A DNA stretch of 63,728 nt, filler included, from Perkinsus chesapeaki ATCC PRA-425 (taxonomy: Eukaryota > Protista > Perkinsozoa): NCBI GenBank assembly GCA_013115145.1. It is 7 parts of 7 records of this genome, joined end to end, with 100 filler letters (N's around TTAATTAATTAA, not from the genome) between each part and the next. Parts side by side here need not be neighbours in the genome. Positions count along the whole stretch, not along the records: positions 17,195 to 41,119 come from JAAPAO010000556.1; 6 more parts are not named here. One strand, 5' to 3'. The notes beneath the pieces are model-generated. The model was not told the DNA's origin and did not search any database. It saw only the letters and a program-made list of their open reading frames with translations. The translations under genes and the position numbers were made by a program. Below, one piece after another: positions 26,348 through 40,402 of this stretch (positions are counted from its first letter, which is position 1; every line of letters starts with the position of its first letter).

Positions 26348-27676
26348 TTACATCACGATACCTTGTGACCTGCTCAACCAGCTTCCAGCGGAGGCGGCGG
26401 CGGAGGCAGGTTTGGACTGCGGCCACATGCCTGCCATGGCTGAACCACCATCACTTCTGTAGCTTGTGTATAGGTTGGTGCTAGCAGCAGCCGCAGCGGC
26501 TGGAGAAGGGGCCTCAGAGACGTCCTTGTGTGATGGGTTGCGGACAAACCTCAAAACGGTTATGTCAACACCGTTAATAACTTCGATGCCTCCCTTGGAG
26601 GAGACACCATTGAGAATCTTCTCCACCGAGGCAGGCTTGTCGAGTACTAGGAACCCCATGTTAGCTGGACGGAGTGGGCCAGGCTGACCAGGACGCTCAA
26701 CGCATCCTTTCGAACGAGAATGAACCAGACGTAGGCGAACGACGCGAACGCCATACCTGACAAAAAGAATAAGTCATTTTCACCAGGCAATGGACTGCTT
26801 ACTTTTTAGCGAAATGCTGCTTGATGATATGCGAGGCCTTGTAACCTAGCTTCTGGATCTTCCTAAGGGTTATAACGCATCCCGGTTGCTCATTGTAAAC
26901 TTCAGCCACAACGTCCTTTAGGGACGGGACTGATCCCGGGGCGCCGGACTTCTTCGGACTTTTGGCCTCGATTTCGCCAGATACCTGCCAGAAGACACAA
27001 CAGAAATTATGCACAAAATGGCAGCTGGAGAACTTACATTGGCGCTACGGCCGCACTGCCTTCTGCTCTCACTAGCAGCCGAGTAGTGAGCTGGTATTGA
27101 ATGAGCATCAGACCTTGAAGAAGCCGGTGGAGGAATGTAAACCGGGACGTAGGCCACTCGGCCGCCATCGGCCAGTGTAGTAGTTGTCAAGGACGGGGAG
27201 ACGCTGCTGCCTCCTGTTGTTTGCTGCTCTACACCTGACAAGTGGGTCAACACTGGCGGTGACGGTGGTGGGAGAGGCCCTACCCGATAAAGGGGAGAAT
27301 GCATCGAAACCGATGTCAGACGGCGGTGATTGGGCTCTGGCGAGGTCCAATAGTGCAGGCAGAGAGAATGCCAGGTCATCCTAAGAAGGAGGAGAAGGAC
27401 CATCTCATCACTTCCTACTGAACAGAGGCTCCTTACTGGTATGCCGTCAATAGGAGTTTCAAGAGCGTTATTGCGAGTTGGCGAGTTGGCAGCTTGTTGG
27501 TAATAGGGGTCAACACTGGCCGCGGCGGCCAGATCAGCTGAGGAGCTTGCAGCGATGAGCTGTTGGACGAGCAGAGCGCTGTCCAATGATATGAGGTCAT
27601 CACTAGCAACTGTAGACGGGCTACTCGAAGGGGAGTCACATGACAGCTGCTGGCTCCCACTCCAATCGGTGCTCAA
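26348..27676 (-). CDS. RRM-like RNA-binding protein with S/P/A-rich N-terminus
   Basis: VITLRKIQKLGYKASHIIKQHFAK|KYGVRVVRLRLVHSRSK...RPANMGFLVLDKPASVEKIL; phase-2 intron 26757-26802. Confidence 0.7.
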
Positions 27677-29398
27677 AGAGCCGAACGAATCTGAAACACA
27701 TCGATCAGGCCAATGGCAACTGTGACAGGTATCTCACCAGGGAAGGGTCGGTCCGAATATGGAGCGAACCAGTCGCAATCACATTCGAGGGGATTAACAA
27801 CCGAGTAGTCCAGAGCCGTCGTTGGGTAGGCGGTGGCCTTGGCCATGATTACACAACGAAAAAAGCACGCTAACAACTCAGATGCAGCGGATAGATAACG
27901 CAACACTATCCCTAGTAGCGCTTGCCCAGTCACGGTGACCGTTCGAATGATGAATGTAGACCAGCCGCCGCCGTCATCATCATCCAGGACCACCAACGAC
28001 GACGCACGCGGCTAGCACTCAATAAACTGTTGCTCTTTTTGGCGGCGGCGGTGTGTAAGCATCATTACTATCTCTCTCCAGCAGCATCATCAACAGCGGC
28101 AGTCCTCCTGGAGAGAGGTATATAACACTTTGGGCAAAACTACCGAACTGGAAAACCCCGACACAGGGGGGACATAAACAAAGGTCTACCAGAAGGGAGA
28201 CGACTGGCGAGGAAGGAGGTGGTGGTGGTTATACGTGGTTGTTGTCAAGTAGCACAAAGATTCTTCTACAACAGTGCTCCTACAAGTAATGTTGAACAAC
28301 CATGATGGCATTTAGCCAGCCAGTCGACATCATTCCCCTTCATTATTCTCATCACCAAACCGGAAGGAAGAGCCGGTGGCGGCACATGCCGACGTCGATA
28401 GGATACCTCTTTGGGAACTAAAAAGAGGATGTACTCAACAACGGCAGCCGCCAAAGATGCTTCACAGAGAAAACCTTCGATCATCAAGCGAGTAAGGGAG
28501 AAACTCATACGAGGTGGTGGTGGTGATGGTATTAATAATACTATTATAGCACAGCAAAGCCAAACTGAGCCAGGACATCTGCCTATATAGGCTACTTCTG
28601 CTGTTGCATTAGCGCCACTGCCGCCCTTATTAAGAAAAAGGGCAATGACAGGGAGGATAAGAGGAGACAAGGCAGAAACAATACTGACCACCGTAGACTC
28701 TCGACAACCACAAAAACAGTAAAATCATCATAATCGTTGAGATGCAAAACCGCCGATGTGGGTCGAGGAGGAGGAGGAGGTGGAGGGGTTATCACCAATA
28801 TAGAAGGTTGCTACTACTTCTGCACTACACGAATAACATAAGATAATCAACTATACAGTTTATTAAGAAGTCTAAACGGCTGCTCACTGTACGCATCCGT
28901 GATAGTAGTAAAGAGAAAGAAAAGTAAGAAGAGGAAGCAGTAGTAGTGCTCGATACGCATACCACATTCGGCAGAAATAGCTTCCTTCATTATTGCCAGC
29001 AATAAAGCAGCACCTCAATAGAGCTTATTAAAAGTTGAAGCCGTCGACAGGAGGATGAATGTCAGAGAGTACGTCAGGATGTAGCTGAAGCCAGTCCATA
29101 ACAGCCATGGCCAGTGTAGGGTCCACAGCAGCGGCTTGGACCATGGGGCATTGTTGAGCGGCCTCTCTGAGCATCGAGTCCTCCATAAGCTCACTGAAGC
29201 TAGCCGGGGGCGTATCAAATACCACACTGCTGCTTCCGGTGTAGGATGACGGTATCTGGTCATCCAAAGGGGATGACGATTGATGATGAGCAACAGTAGC
29301 GGCAGTTGGTGAAGCTTCACGTTTATCACGCTTGAAGAAGCGTTGAAGAGACACTTCGATACCTAAACAAAATTTGGTATTGAAACATTATATTATAC

Positions 29399-29462
29399 AT
29401 AGAGGATATAATAGAGGATATAATAGAGGATATAATAGAGGATATAATAGAGGATATAATAG
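29399..29462. repeat. 12-bp minisatellite (ATAGAGGATATA) x5
   Basis: Perfect tandem copies read directly. Confidence 0.95.
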
Positions 29463-29518
29463 GAGAGATGATATTAAAAAGACAATAGAGGGTATACACT
29501 CAATGGTAATACTAGTAA

Positions 29519-30122
29519 TTACATACCTTCAATATTCTCGCTTCTCACAGCTGCGTATCCCATAATGGCATCAACAGCCGCTTTGTCCGGAAAGACACCA
29601 TAAGCGATATTAGGAGAACGAAGGGCACCAACGGTGTGGTGGGATTTTGAATGACGTCTAGAATGGACCACTTCAACTCTGCTTGGCGCTATGCCATACC
29701 TGAACAACAGCAGGAGCAGATGCTTGTTAGAATCACCAGCTGGCTCTCACGTTTGCGCGAAGTGCCGGATGATAATGGCCTCGGCGTCGAACCCAAGACG
29801 TTGGATCTTCTTCAAGGTGATCACTGTACCATCAGCTTCACGATAGATACCGGTAACAACCTCCTTTATGGTACGGATTCTGTTAACCTGCCATTAAAAG
29901 TATCCAGGAAAGCCCTACGCAGCTGCTTGAGCCTAACCTGCTTGTTTTGCGAGCTCCGTGAAGTAGTGCTCTCTCGAGATGAGTCTGCTCCAGAGTTATA
30001 AGCCTGGAATAATTCATTGGTAAAACGTTATGAAGGGATCCTACCAAAGGCGACTTGGCGGCAGCCTCTATTTCGCCTCCTCTCATTGTCATTGTGGGGC
30101 CGTAAGAATCTTGAAGGGCCAT
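29519..30122 (-). CDS. Second RRM-like protein, paralog of 26348-27676; ends uncertain
   Basis: VITLKKIQRLGFDAEAIIIRHFAQ|TYGIAPSRVEVVHSRR...RSPNIAYGVFPDKAAVDAIM; phase-2 intron 29700-29750 at the same position. Confidence 0.7.
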
Positions 30123-30549
30123 TGTCAGAGCAGAATAGTACTATCGAACCGTTTATCTGACACCTCTAGCCGAGGATATGCACAACTGTGACATAACCGA
30201 TTCATATTGCACATTGTGACGTAGAAAATGCCATCACTTTTGCACAGCAGCAGCTTACTTGCGTTAGGGAAGCCCAAGTGCGGCAAGAGCGAGCAAGATG
30301 CGGCTCGTTCTTTTGTTGGGCTAAACTGCGTGGTGTCACCGTCGCGTCCCCTTCACCGCCGCGGTGGAGGGGACTGCAAAAATGGTTGAATATATGAAGC
30401 CCGATGAGGGTCGTCGGAAGGAGCTCAAGGGAATCATTCCCTTCGCTGTTCACGAGAAACGTTTTATTATACACTATTACATTCGGGCTTTGCTGCACTG
30501 AAATGCACGCTGGAATGTGCTAATAGTTGGAGCCTCGTTGACTTTTAGA

Positions 30550-33500
30550 AGTGAACAATCTTTCATGGCAGCCGTTTGCGAGAATGCCAGTGGCCGTACC
30601 CCACTTGAACCTGGCCAGTGATGGACGCTCACTCTTATCCGCCGACACTCCCAGAGAGAACGCTCGTCATTCTTGGACTGGGATCGATACTACTAGAAAA
30701 CCTCTTGATACCAGATGGCCTTTAATAGACTGCTTCACAGCGAGGGGGGAACCCAAGAACCAAGGTGCCTTCTCACGCTGCCTTTTCGCTGTGCAGTTTC
30801 TCGACTAGCTGGCGGTAAAGATCCACGGTGATTGACTGAGCTTTGGCTCAGTCTGGAATACGGAATCGCTATTAATCATTGAATTCCCGTACGGTCTTTC
30901 TGTCCCCTCTGACGCCAAGTGGGCGTTTGAAGCCTATATCCGGTCGATATCGTCGACGGCCAATGGCAGTCGGTTCGAGCCACCTCGAACGCTCGGTTTC
31001 GCAGGTGTGACCGTCATAAACGGCTTCTGGTCAGCAAGGAGCGCCTTGACCACACGGATGGCCCCGCTCCATATGACTGCTCGTAAAGTTACTATACCGC
31101 CTTCGGGCAGCAGAATTGATTATCAGGTGACCCAGGTGATGTTCAGGCCAGGTTGCCAGCGAATGTTAGAGACAGGAATGCAAGACGGGCGCTCGAGGAC
31201 GACACACAGTGAAGCGCGATTGGCTACTTTCCCACATTTTTGGCTGTGCTGTCAGATTCTGCGAGAAGGCCGAGGGGAACCCTGTAGAAGACCACAGTTG
31301 TGAGTTCCCTTCATTGGTCTTTTACTCCCTCAAAGCGATCATCGAGTCTTCGGTTATTATTTAGTTCGGGCAACCGATCCCGAAGATAATCACCTTCGCA
31401 GACTTATGCAGCCTCTGAGCTCAGAAAAGGTGAGATATTCGGCAGCACACATAACTCGGACGTGAAGGTGAGATCGATCATGCCCAGCGAAACGATCGAG
31501 AGAGCACTTAATCACACCCGCCAGCTCGCAAGCCAAGCCAAGGGTGGTCAGACAGGCTCAGGTGCCGAGGAACAGCATACCTCCCTTAGCAAGGTCACGG
31601 CGCCTTACGTAGCCGCTCAACTCGATCGATAGATACCGAATGCGTACCAAGTTGTTTTGAGGAATCTATTCACCTCATATGTTACCAGAGTCGTGCAGGA
31701 TAGCGCAACGGACATGACAGGCATGAGGCTGTGTGGGTAAAGGGCCACGGTGTGGCAACTGGAATTAGCCGCCACTATTGAGATCTTCTAACTGGGAGCC
31801 TGGGCTCAATTTCACTTGGAAATGATAGCTCTCCTTTCATACAGTACCTTCGTCGAAGCTTCCATGCCGCCCGCAGCACCATATCGAATCGGGTGGTACG
31901 GTAGGTACCTGGATAGGCCTCTGCCGAGACTGCGGGCTCTGGCGAGGTAGGAAGGACACTGATATTGCGCATGGTGGATACACGCTGCGACAGCTACAAG
32001 ACTCTTATTTGCAACGATGCGACCAGACCGGCCCAACAAGCGTGTAGTGCTAATCGTAACTCTCCCGATTACCGAGAGTCCCCACAGCACGCTTCGTCTC
32101 GGCGGCTTTATAAGAGCTCTCACGTCCCTAGTTCCGGACTTCCCTAGCAGGCTCGACCATTTTCGCGCTTTGACCAAGGCCGCCTGCGATTCAGTTAAGA
32201 GGATGTCAAATCGCTAGGGAGCAGCTCCGTCCCAGGTCGATGCTAAGATCATTCTTGACACGGACGAGGGCATCGAAGATACTCCTATCGGCTCTCTTCC
32301 GACTTTCCGACTTCTCCATAAGAAAGTGTGGCAACTAGGCGCGTATCCGAGCTCGAAGCACGTTTGTTTAGGTAGACCAGCGGAGCGCAGCACCGCGCCT
32401 GCCTGTGTACTTGGCAACAGGGGAGGCGAAGAGACAGGCTGTCGAATCCAGTCCGACAGCTACGTTCTATCGCAGCCCGTACGCATCATACGCTACAGTG
32501 ACATTACGGCCTTCTACAGCCTGGCACACCTCATTCGCGAGGAGATCTGCGAACCGGCCGCGCTGCAACTGTTCTACGAGTTCCGCGGGCCTTTGAAGGA
32601 GATATTTCTAAAGTAGCTGCCATCTTACCTTTTCAAACCCAATGAGGGGCCAACAGCGGAGCGGTAGGTATGCCGTGAAGCCAGAGGAACATGGAGGAGC
32701 TTTTACCTTGGATAAGCGTGCTTGGGGGAAGCTTGCCGAAGATTATGGCTTGGTAGGGTAAATGCGCCCATCACAGACCCGTGCTATGGGAATATCAGGG
32801 TTTACGATATAGATGGTGATACGGTTGTACATGGGATAGGGTTATAGTAGTAGTATGGTAGCTTTCCAGTAGTGAGAGCAAAGCCATTGGCAGCACTTGG
32901 AGGAGGGTGAAGGTGTTTTTGCAACATCGCGGTTAAACGCAGCACGTTGCAAACTTTTGCGACGGTTGTGATTTTTGTCAAAATCATCAATTGAGAGTTG
33001 TAAAAACCCTCTCCTCCCCAGATCTCCCGGCGCGGCAGGGGCCTCATTGCGCGATGGATCTTTGAGGAAGCGTTCGACGCTGTCTCCTGCCGTTGTGATG
33101 AGCTGAGTATCCCTTTAAGTGGCTTCGTGGAGGCTGTGGCTACTGCCTTCTTCTGGCACCTACGACTGTCTATCTGTGAGTCGGTTTGGGCAGTAGCTAG
33201 GACTATTCACCGTCGCTCCAGGTTCCATCCAGGCTGAGGCCTCCGCCCTCGAGAAGGCACTATTCACACTTGCGTGAGTTGACAGCCCGTAAGTCCCTCT
33301 CGGCGATGGGAGCGCTCCACGTAGATTCCTGCACTCATCACGTCAAGATTCGGTCGATTGCCTAGTAGGCGACAAAATCGATGTTGATGAGCTGGACCGA
33401 CAGCTGGTTGAAGATCCATCCCAGGTTCAAGGAGTGGCTCCCTGTGTGTGGTGTTACCCCGTTTTAGGTGCCACTGTCGCATCTTTTGCTGGAATTCTGA

Positions 33501-34400
33501 TACAGCACGTATCATGTCGCCCTGGTGTTGTTGGGTAATTTCTTATCGACGAAGTTCCGAGTTGTTAATTGCAGACCGAAGGTGGCATTGTTCTTCCAGT
33601 GCTGCTGCTGCTGCCGGCTCACATAAAGCAATTTGCTGTGAACCGCTGTGGTTGATAGTAGCAACAAAGCTTTTCACTAGTTTTACTTGTTACTGGCGAG
33701 ATAATGCTGTGTCGTTCTCTAACAACATCTTTCTACAGATTACCAATTCATTATACATTTATACTCTCAAAAACATACTCAACTGCAAGCGAAGGAACAG
33801 TAAGATCGCTCCTAGCCGTTGCAATCGAATCAGCCACCACCTGCAGGCACTGGAGAGCAGCCATCATCCCCGGATTTCTCGGCCAAAGACGCTTCAGGAA
33901 GTCATGGACCGACGGCTTCTGAGAATAGGTGTGCCTAGTTGTAGGCAGTTGAATGATTGGATAATATGTTTATGCCCCAAATCCCGAAGCACATCGTGTT
34001 GGTCGCAGAATGCAATTTCGGTTACCATGCGTGGCTGAGCGGAAGGGGTTGGGCAGTGTTGGCTCTCAGGACGTCTTGCACTGGAAACGTTCCATAATGG
34101 AGCCCTACTTCTCAGCGAGGTATCCACGAGGTACCCGGAGATTCGCCCACATTTGGAACGGCTTCCCAAGTTGAACGCTTCGGATCAAGAAATGTAAGTT
34201 GATGGTTTCGCTCCGTCTGAGACACTGAGGTGCTTCTTTTGACAGTTTGGAGTGGTACCGCAGCCTGGCCTTAGAAATGCCTCTACATGAGGACATGGCC
34301 GCCCAAGCGAATATCACTAGATGAGCTTCCGAACTCAGAAGTCTCCAATCTTGACATGATTTGTTCACGATCACATAAGCCTGACAACTTGATCAGCTAT
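30550..34400 (-). mobile_element. Possible heavily decayed non-LTR retrotransposon
   Basis: Stop-riddled frames with weak RT-like remnants (RLSKVKAPPCSSGFTAYLPLRCWPLIG near 32640-32725; DRSIFDALVRVKND 32248-32289); no YADD motif found. Confidence 0.3.
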
Positions 34401-35048
34401 ATTCCTCAACAAGCGTGTTGGACTTGTGTACAGTTCATCGGGGGACGAGGCCAGCCCAAACAGGTCGCTATAAAGGACAAACTGATTCCCTCAAAGACTA
34501 GTCGAACGCGACTTTATTATACTACAGTCTCCTAGCAGCTCCCGCGGGGAGCCAACCATCATGCGGAGCATAGTGGAGCCAATTACGTACAGCAACGGTA
34601 ATTCCTACACCAAACAACACTTAGAACAATATATTTTTATACGCTACAGCTACTGCGAAACCACACCGGCGTGCTACTGACGCTATCCCAGACGAGGAGC
34701 CTCGTTACGAGTCTCTCCTGAATTCCTTTCACTGCCCGAACAGACGCCTACCATCAGCTCGTAGCGTCTCTTAGACCCTAGAAGGTGAAAGCGTCCCCAT
34801 CGAATGACAAGTTTGGCTGTCCCCTGGGCCGGCAGTGTCGGGTAGCCATCCAACCCTCCAAGCACCTGGGTCTTTTGTGTCCCGACACCAGACTATGCGA
34901 TAAGAGAGGCTCACAAACAGTCTAAGGTAACAGTGCAAGCTTCGTGTTCAATTCAGTGACGGAAACCTAAAGGATCTTGGAAAGGACTGATAACACAAAC
35001 CAACAAGTGGATAGTAAATGTTACACTGAGGAGGTCCTGGGTAGCTGG

Positions 35049-35877
35049 CTAGTTGCCCGGCAGTACTTTTGTATAAAATATGAACGGTACCATAAAACAG
35101 TACATTACTATGCTGATAAGAAGCAGAATTATTGTAGTGAAAAACCCCAGCCTTCGAGACCTGACAATCAGCGTAGACTATGAATCACGCAATCGCAGCC
35201 TGGCTTACTTCAGGAGCTCAGTTCCTCGCTGATTCTCCTTGGTAACGCTATCAAGATGATCTTGCTGAAGCTTCTTAGTAACTTCCAGGTTAGCGTTGTC
35301 CTTTGCCAAAGTCTCTCGTTGCCTACAACAGCGCCCATCACCATCACACCGAACACGCGCCCATACAGCAGCGCGCGTTCTACCCTTAGTACCGATATGC
35401 GCTCTCTCTGACATGTCCTGTTAGCTCTAGCATCTCATCCAGCAATCCGTCATGACCGGCATCTTCATCATTATCATTCTCTTTCTCCCGTCGCTTATCG
35501 ACACCCTGGAAAAGCTTCTCCCTCGAATCAGCGATCTCCTCGACTGCACTGGACTTCACAGAATCTCCCAGCGTCGAGTTGTCCTCAACCGATGAGACCT
35601 CAGACTCGTTCGCAATAGCATCAGCTTCCTCATCAGATTCAACACTACTGCTACTGCTTTCGGAGCTCGTTTCATCTTCACCCACATCGGTACAGTAAGC
35701 CTCCTCTATGAGCGGGCCAAGATCTTCTGAAACTCGGCCATAAAGGGCTTTACATGCCAGCAATCGAGTGGACCGGTTCACTGCGGAGTCCATCGGTAGT
35801 CCTTTGATGTAGGCCAGCAAGGCCTCGGCTTCTCGGTCGGCGTTCTTGGACTTAATCGACGCAGGGGTGACAGACAT
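35049..35877 (-). CDS. USE1: USE1-like Qc-SNARE, 3 exons
   Basis: HDGLLDEMLELTGHVRESAYR|QRETLAKDNANLEVTKKLQQDHLDSVTKENQRGTELLK|SRRLGFFTTIILLLISIVMYCFMVPFIFYTKVLPGN*: SNARE heptads plus C-terminal TM. Confidence 0.7.
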
Positions 35878-38050
35878 AAAGTAAAATTTAAACTGGTCTG
35901 TGCCAGGGTGTATCCGGGCTAGGATGCTCCACACGCAATTACTTAACGAGATTCTCAAGTTCATCCTTCGCGCTTAGCCGATGCTAGTTTAGTTTCCCTT
36001 CTATAGTAGTGGTCCACCACTAGCCGATATTCAGCAGTAAACGCGATACCCGATTGACTTCAAAACGGCCGGATGCGAGCAGCATTAACAAGAGCGCACA
36101 AATAGTAGCGCGCGCCCAAATATCAAATGAATCATTAGAAATGATGACGAGTTCCGCTGAATAGCTCACGTTGAGTAATTTCCTTGCAGAGAAGTCAGTG
36201 TGGCACAGCATATTCGTAATTACCATTTGGTGACACCAAATGTGCGCGCCGTAGTATTCGCCTCGCCTTTTGTTAATGAAATTGCCGTGCAATGCAGGGC
36301 CTGCATGGGACGGCTGGTGACCTGCCGGCGGCAGGCTGCCGCTCGAAAGGTTAGAGCATGATTGAAATTATCACTCTATTGCTTTCTTTCTTACGGTTTG
36401 TGTTAACGAACATGACACTTAGTGTACTGACTACACTGTAGTCTACCTAAGTCGTGGGTAATACCCACTGGGAATGACTACTGGTCATATGATATGACTG
36501 AGTCATTATGTCATAATGACTCGTACCCACGACGTCGGAATTCCCGACGGATTCCCGCTGGGAATTTCCCGGTACCCCACGCCATCATCACACTTTTCCC
36601 GCTCTGGCCGCCAGAGTCCGGCGCTCGTAAGTTACGAGCCTCGTAGAAAAGTGTGTGATGACAGAGGAAAGACCTCGCAATTACGAAAGTACCGTTTCCG
36701 TATCTCCTCGTAGCATCACGAAAGTACTCTGAGGAGGTTAATTCTCATTTTCACGCCTCAGTAGCATAAACCCGGCAGCACAGATGAAAGAGGTTAGCTC
36801 AAATGTTCCTGCGGTGCGGTTTCGCTGTCCGCTGTAAAGTATTCAAGTTTTATCTGGGATGCTACCAGTGCTGTAACGATCTAGATGGGGTACCCTTCCT
36901 AACTTAGGAATTCTAAGCGGGAATCAGCCACCATTGCCCCTCACACTCCGAGGCTCCCAACAATTTTGTGACTGGCAGTGGCACGTGATGGTCGATGTCA
37001 TGCTCGAAACAGTAAAGCTGCTGGGTCATCTTGATATTGACATCAACCAAATCAACAGCGTTTTCGGAGCAGTGCGGATAACTGCCACCGATGACAGCCT
37101 ATTATTCATCATAATTTATGATGATATCATGGTAATATCATCATGTTCAGAATTTTAACTTAAGATCATTTCTGCTGTTCAGGTGACGTCAAACTTTCAG
37201 CCTGAAAGTTTCAGGGTGGAAGTCAGCATATTCGGTCAGCAGTATGACTATCATATAACGACAGAAGCTATAGCTACAGAAGGCCGCAGGTGCGGGCGGA
37301 GACGTATCTCTCTGTCTTGGTATACATGAGCCGCCTGGTAATGCGGACCATATAATCACGGTCTCTATTGTCTTCAGATACTGCCAGTATCTGAAGACAA
37401 TCCTCACTGAGGACTCCTCAGAACCAAGTCACTTGGTTAGAAAGCGCTGTACCAAGATTCCCACCCACTGAAAACGAACTCGAGTCAACGGAAAAACAAT
37501 GCGGGTTCGATACTGCAGTTAACTATCCTCAGAATAGTTTCCTGGATAAACCGAAGCAACATCGTCACGTTGCTCGTCGTGTTGCCATCGTCTTGTTTTG
37601 TCACATCGTATGGCATACAATGTATGCTGGTTTTGAAGGTGGTGATTCGCCACTGGTGAGGGCCTCACCGTGAGGCTGAGAAAAATATTGTCGTGTAACA
37701 TAGACGCATATCAGACCATTGAGTGATCGATTATTACTTCTATGATATACCTCTCCTAAATATCATAATCATTATCTACTTGTCATTAGCAAAAGACAGC
37801 TATCATCGTCACTGACGATTCGTCAGTATTCATAATACTATCTTTTGTGAATGTTAATTCGGGTATCTCGATAGTCAGACCATTGACGCCCTCAATGTGA
37901 CGACCTGGTCATCACGAGAGTAAATTTCTCACTGTTACAGGGCTCACTGTCACAGATGGAGGGCAAGGCAGAGGGTCGTCCAGCACTTATGTACCAGCGA
38001 GCCCACAGATTTTTCCAACTCTAGAAGCCGCACAGGCGCAACTTCACATA

Positions 38051-38260
38051 TTGGCTGGGGGTCCAATGATTCTGAACAATTCCTATGGTGCCGGTAAGCG
38101 CCCCAAAGCCGGAAAAATTGTCAAGAGGTTTCGTTGCGGATATTCGAAACGTAAAGAGTGGCATCCATGCACATTCAGCATGGTCGTCCAAGTACACAGT
38201 ACGATAGGGGGTTTCACTGTGCTATGCTCGCCGACTCACCTACCGCATCTGCGGCGAGAA
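38051..38260 (+). mobile_element. WRKY/FAR1-like Zn-finger fragment resembling a Mutator-type transposase N-terminus
   Basis: KRFRCGYSKRKEWHPCTFSMVVQ...PTHLPH C/C/H/H spacing; no DDE domain seen. Confidence 0.35.
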
Positions 38261-38301
38261 GCAGCCCATTTTCGGAAGCCCCTGCTATCCGCAAAGGCCA
38301 A

Positions 38302-38479
38302 GCCTATTCGGAGCCCGCAAGACTCGTCCGAGTCCCGAATAGAACCTCTCAGGACTATCAGTCAACCCCAACCCAGTTAGTCCCCGGGGCATCCGGCAAG
38401 TAGTATCCCGCCTATTCGGAGCTTGCAAGACTCGTCCGTGTCCCGAATAGAACCTCTTAGGACCCTTAGTCGACCCCAA
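38302..38479. repeat. Two about 70-bp imperfect direct repeats, 108-bp period
   Basis: gcctattcggagc..gcaagactcgtccg.gtcccgaatagaacctct.aggac at 38302 and 38410. Confidence 0.9.
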
Positions 38480-38796
38480 AGCCTTCAATTCAGGCAGAAT
38501 GGAAAGCGAGAAACGAATATATGATCTAAAACCGAAAAATCCAAGTATAAAACGAAATATAATAAATCATACCCTGCGCGGCGTAGGCTACGCCGCTTCG
38601 GTTGTCAACCAGTAGTTGATTCGTCGCGATGCAACCGAGTTGCATTAACTGGTATGCCACTACTGACATCGTCAGTCTGACAAATCGATGTCACCGATCG
38701 AATCGAATCACTCGATGATGTACTACTTTTGGAACAAAAGTTTTGCTTTATTTAATGGATTCCACTGAAGAACCCAGAGCACTAAGATACATCAGA

Positions 38797-39173
38797 AAAA
38801 AATTACTCAGAATGCTTCTTCTCTTCATCCTGCTTATCCAGCCTTGCTAATTCCTTGCCCCGTTCCTCGGGCTTCCGGCTTTGCATGGTGCAAAGGAACG
38901 CTGTCCATGGGATGTTCACAAGCAATAAAACGAGCAGTCGCAAATGTTTCGGGATGTAGTACATGTTAACATACCTTCAATAGAACAATCTTTCCAAGTC
39001 CCGGAGGTGGAATTGCCTACTGCATCATCGGCCAAAAACAATAGTTCGCCTTTACTGCAGGGCCTATATTCGATCGAACTGCCCTGATACTTTCCTTTGC
39101 TGACATACCGCTCGCTAGTGACTGAAAAACATGCGTACACAGTAAATAACAGCACGGAAGCACTAACCAGCAA
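38797..39173 (-). CDS. Small Cys-rich secreted-type protein
   Basis: Hydrophobic N-terminus and Cys-rich ORF 38916-39173, probable second exon ending KKHSE*. Confidence 0.4.
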
Positions 39174-40402
39174 GAACTAACTCGACTTCCAGAGCTGAGA
39201 GGACTACGCGACGAATATTATTATCGGTCCAGCCTGATTACCTGGACGAAAAAGAAGGTTGATAAAAATGTCCAGCACCATAATGTCTGGTCAACCAGGA
39301 CTTTGTGGGCTGTTGTTGGGAGATAGTCGTTCAATGAGGGGAGGATAATATCATACCAGCAAAACGTCATTGGACCTAACAGGAATAAAATAATTGATCG
39401 ACGTTACATGGGACATAAAGTTACGCTACCCAAGGGGTTGGATATTGAGGAACTCACACAGTCTGAGTCGGACAGTAAGAAAGTGACGCCACTAGAGGGT
39501 CGGAAATTGAGGGAACAAATTTATCAACCATATCACGATCACACTGATCCACGCCCCTATTACCGAATACAAACAGCTGACAAAGCGCAGCTCGGACACA
39601 TCTCGTTATATCTATTCTCTTAGCACCTTGATTAGATACCAATCACCACTCGGAGCTGTGACAAATGCCAACCCTACCACTTAAACGCTGCGCTATTAGG
39701 TCAGCAACGACAATAAGTATCGGTCCTTGTATACACTGCATCTGACACGCGGGAGCGGGTAGACCTTAATGACAAGATCAACCTACCGTCAAAGGCATGC
39801 CTTCACTAAGTTCCCCATAACGATCCAGCAGGCCGCCATTCACGAGTGCTGAGCTGGAACCTGCCATAGTGCTGTCCTGCGCTTGAGAGAATATCACTCG
39901 TATATAACATGAACGCAACAATGAGAGGCCAGTCCAGAGCACAAGCGCGAATGCTGCGCTTCTGTGATAGGGGGAGAGATAGAGTTACCGAATTTTATAA
40001 CAAATCCATACGACACTATGGCTACTACCAACTCTAACAATCATAGTGCCAACGCCGTCACCAGCAACAGCACTAGTGTACGTCGACATAGTTCAGTGAT
40101 CACACAAACATACCCTCAAGCGGAGGGGGGTCCTTACAAAAGAAGGACCGTCGGTACTACTGATCATCATCATTATCAGATATAATTAGTAGTACAGGGA
40201 ACAACACTATGTCGTACTTCGCGACAGGTGGCTCGCCAATAGCGGTGCTCTTGACGGGCCGAAAGAAGAGAAACAATGTAATTTACTATAGCGAATTCAT
40301 TAACCAATAATAGCCGGCTGTCAGGTACCGCTCAGGATACCAGTGATTGAGTAGTAGTAAACACGACCAAGGCGCGCGAACTGTGTATGCGCGGTGGTCA
40401 GT

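Noticed and set aside
25400-29000. Many short overlapping Ala/Ser/Thr-rich ORFs
   Set aside because: Mostly shadows of low-complexity CAG/CAA-rich sequence; only the RRM exons are supported
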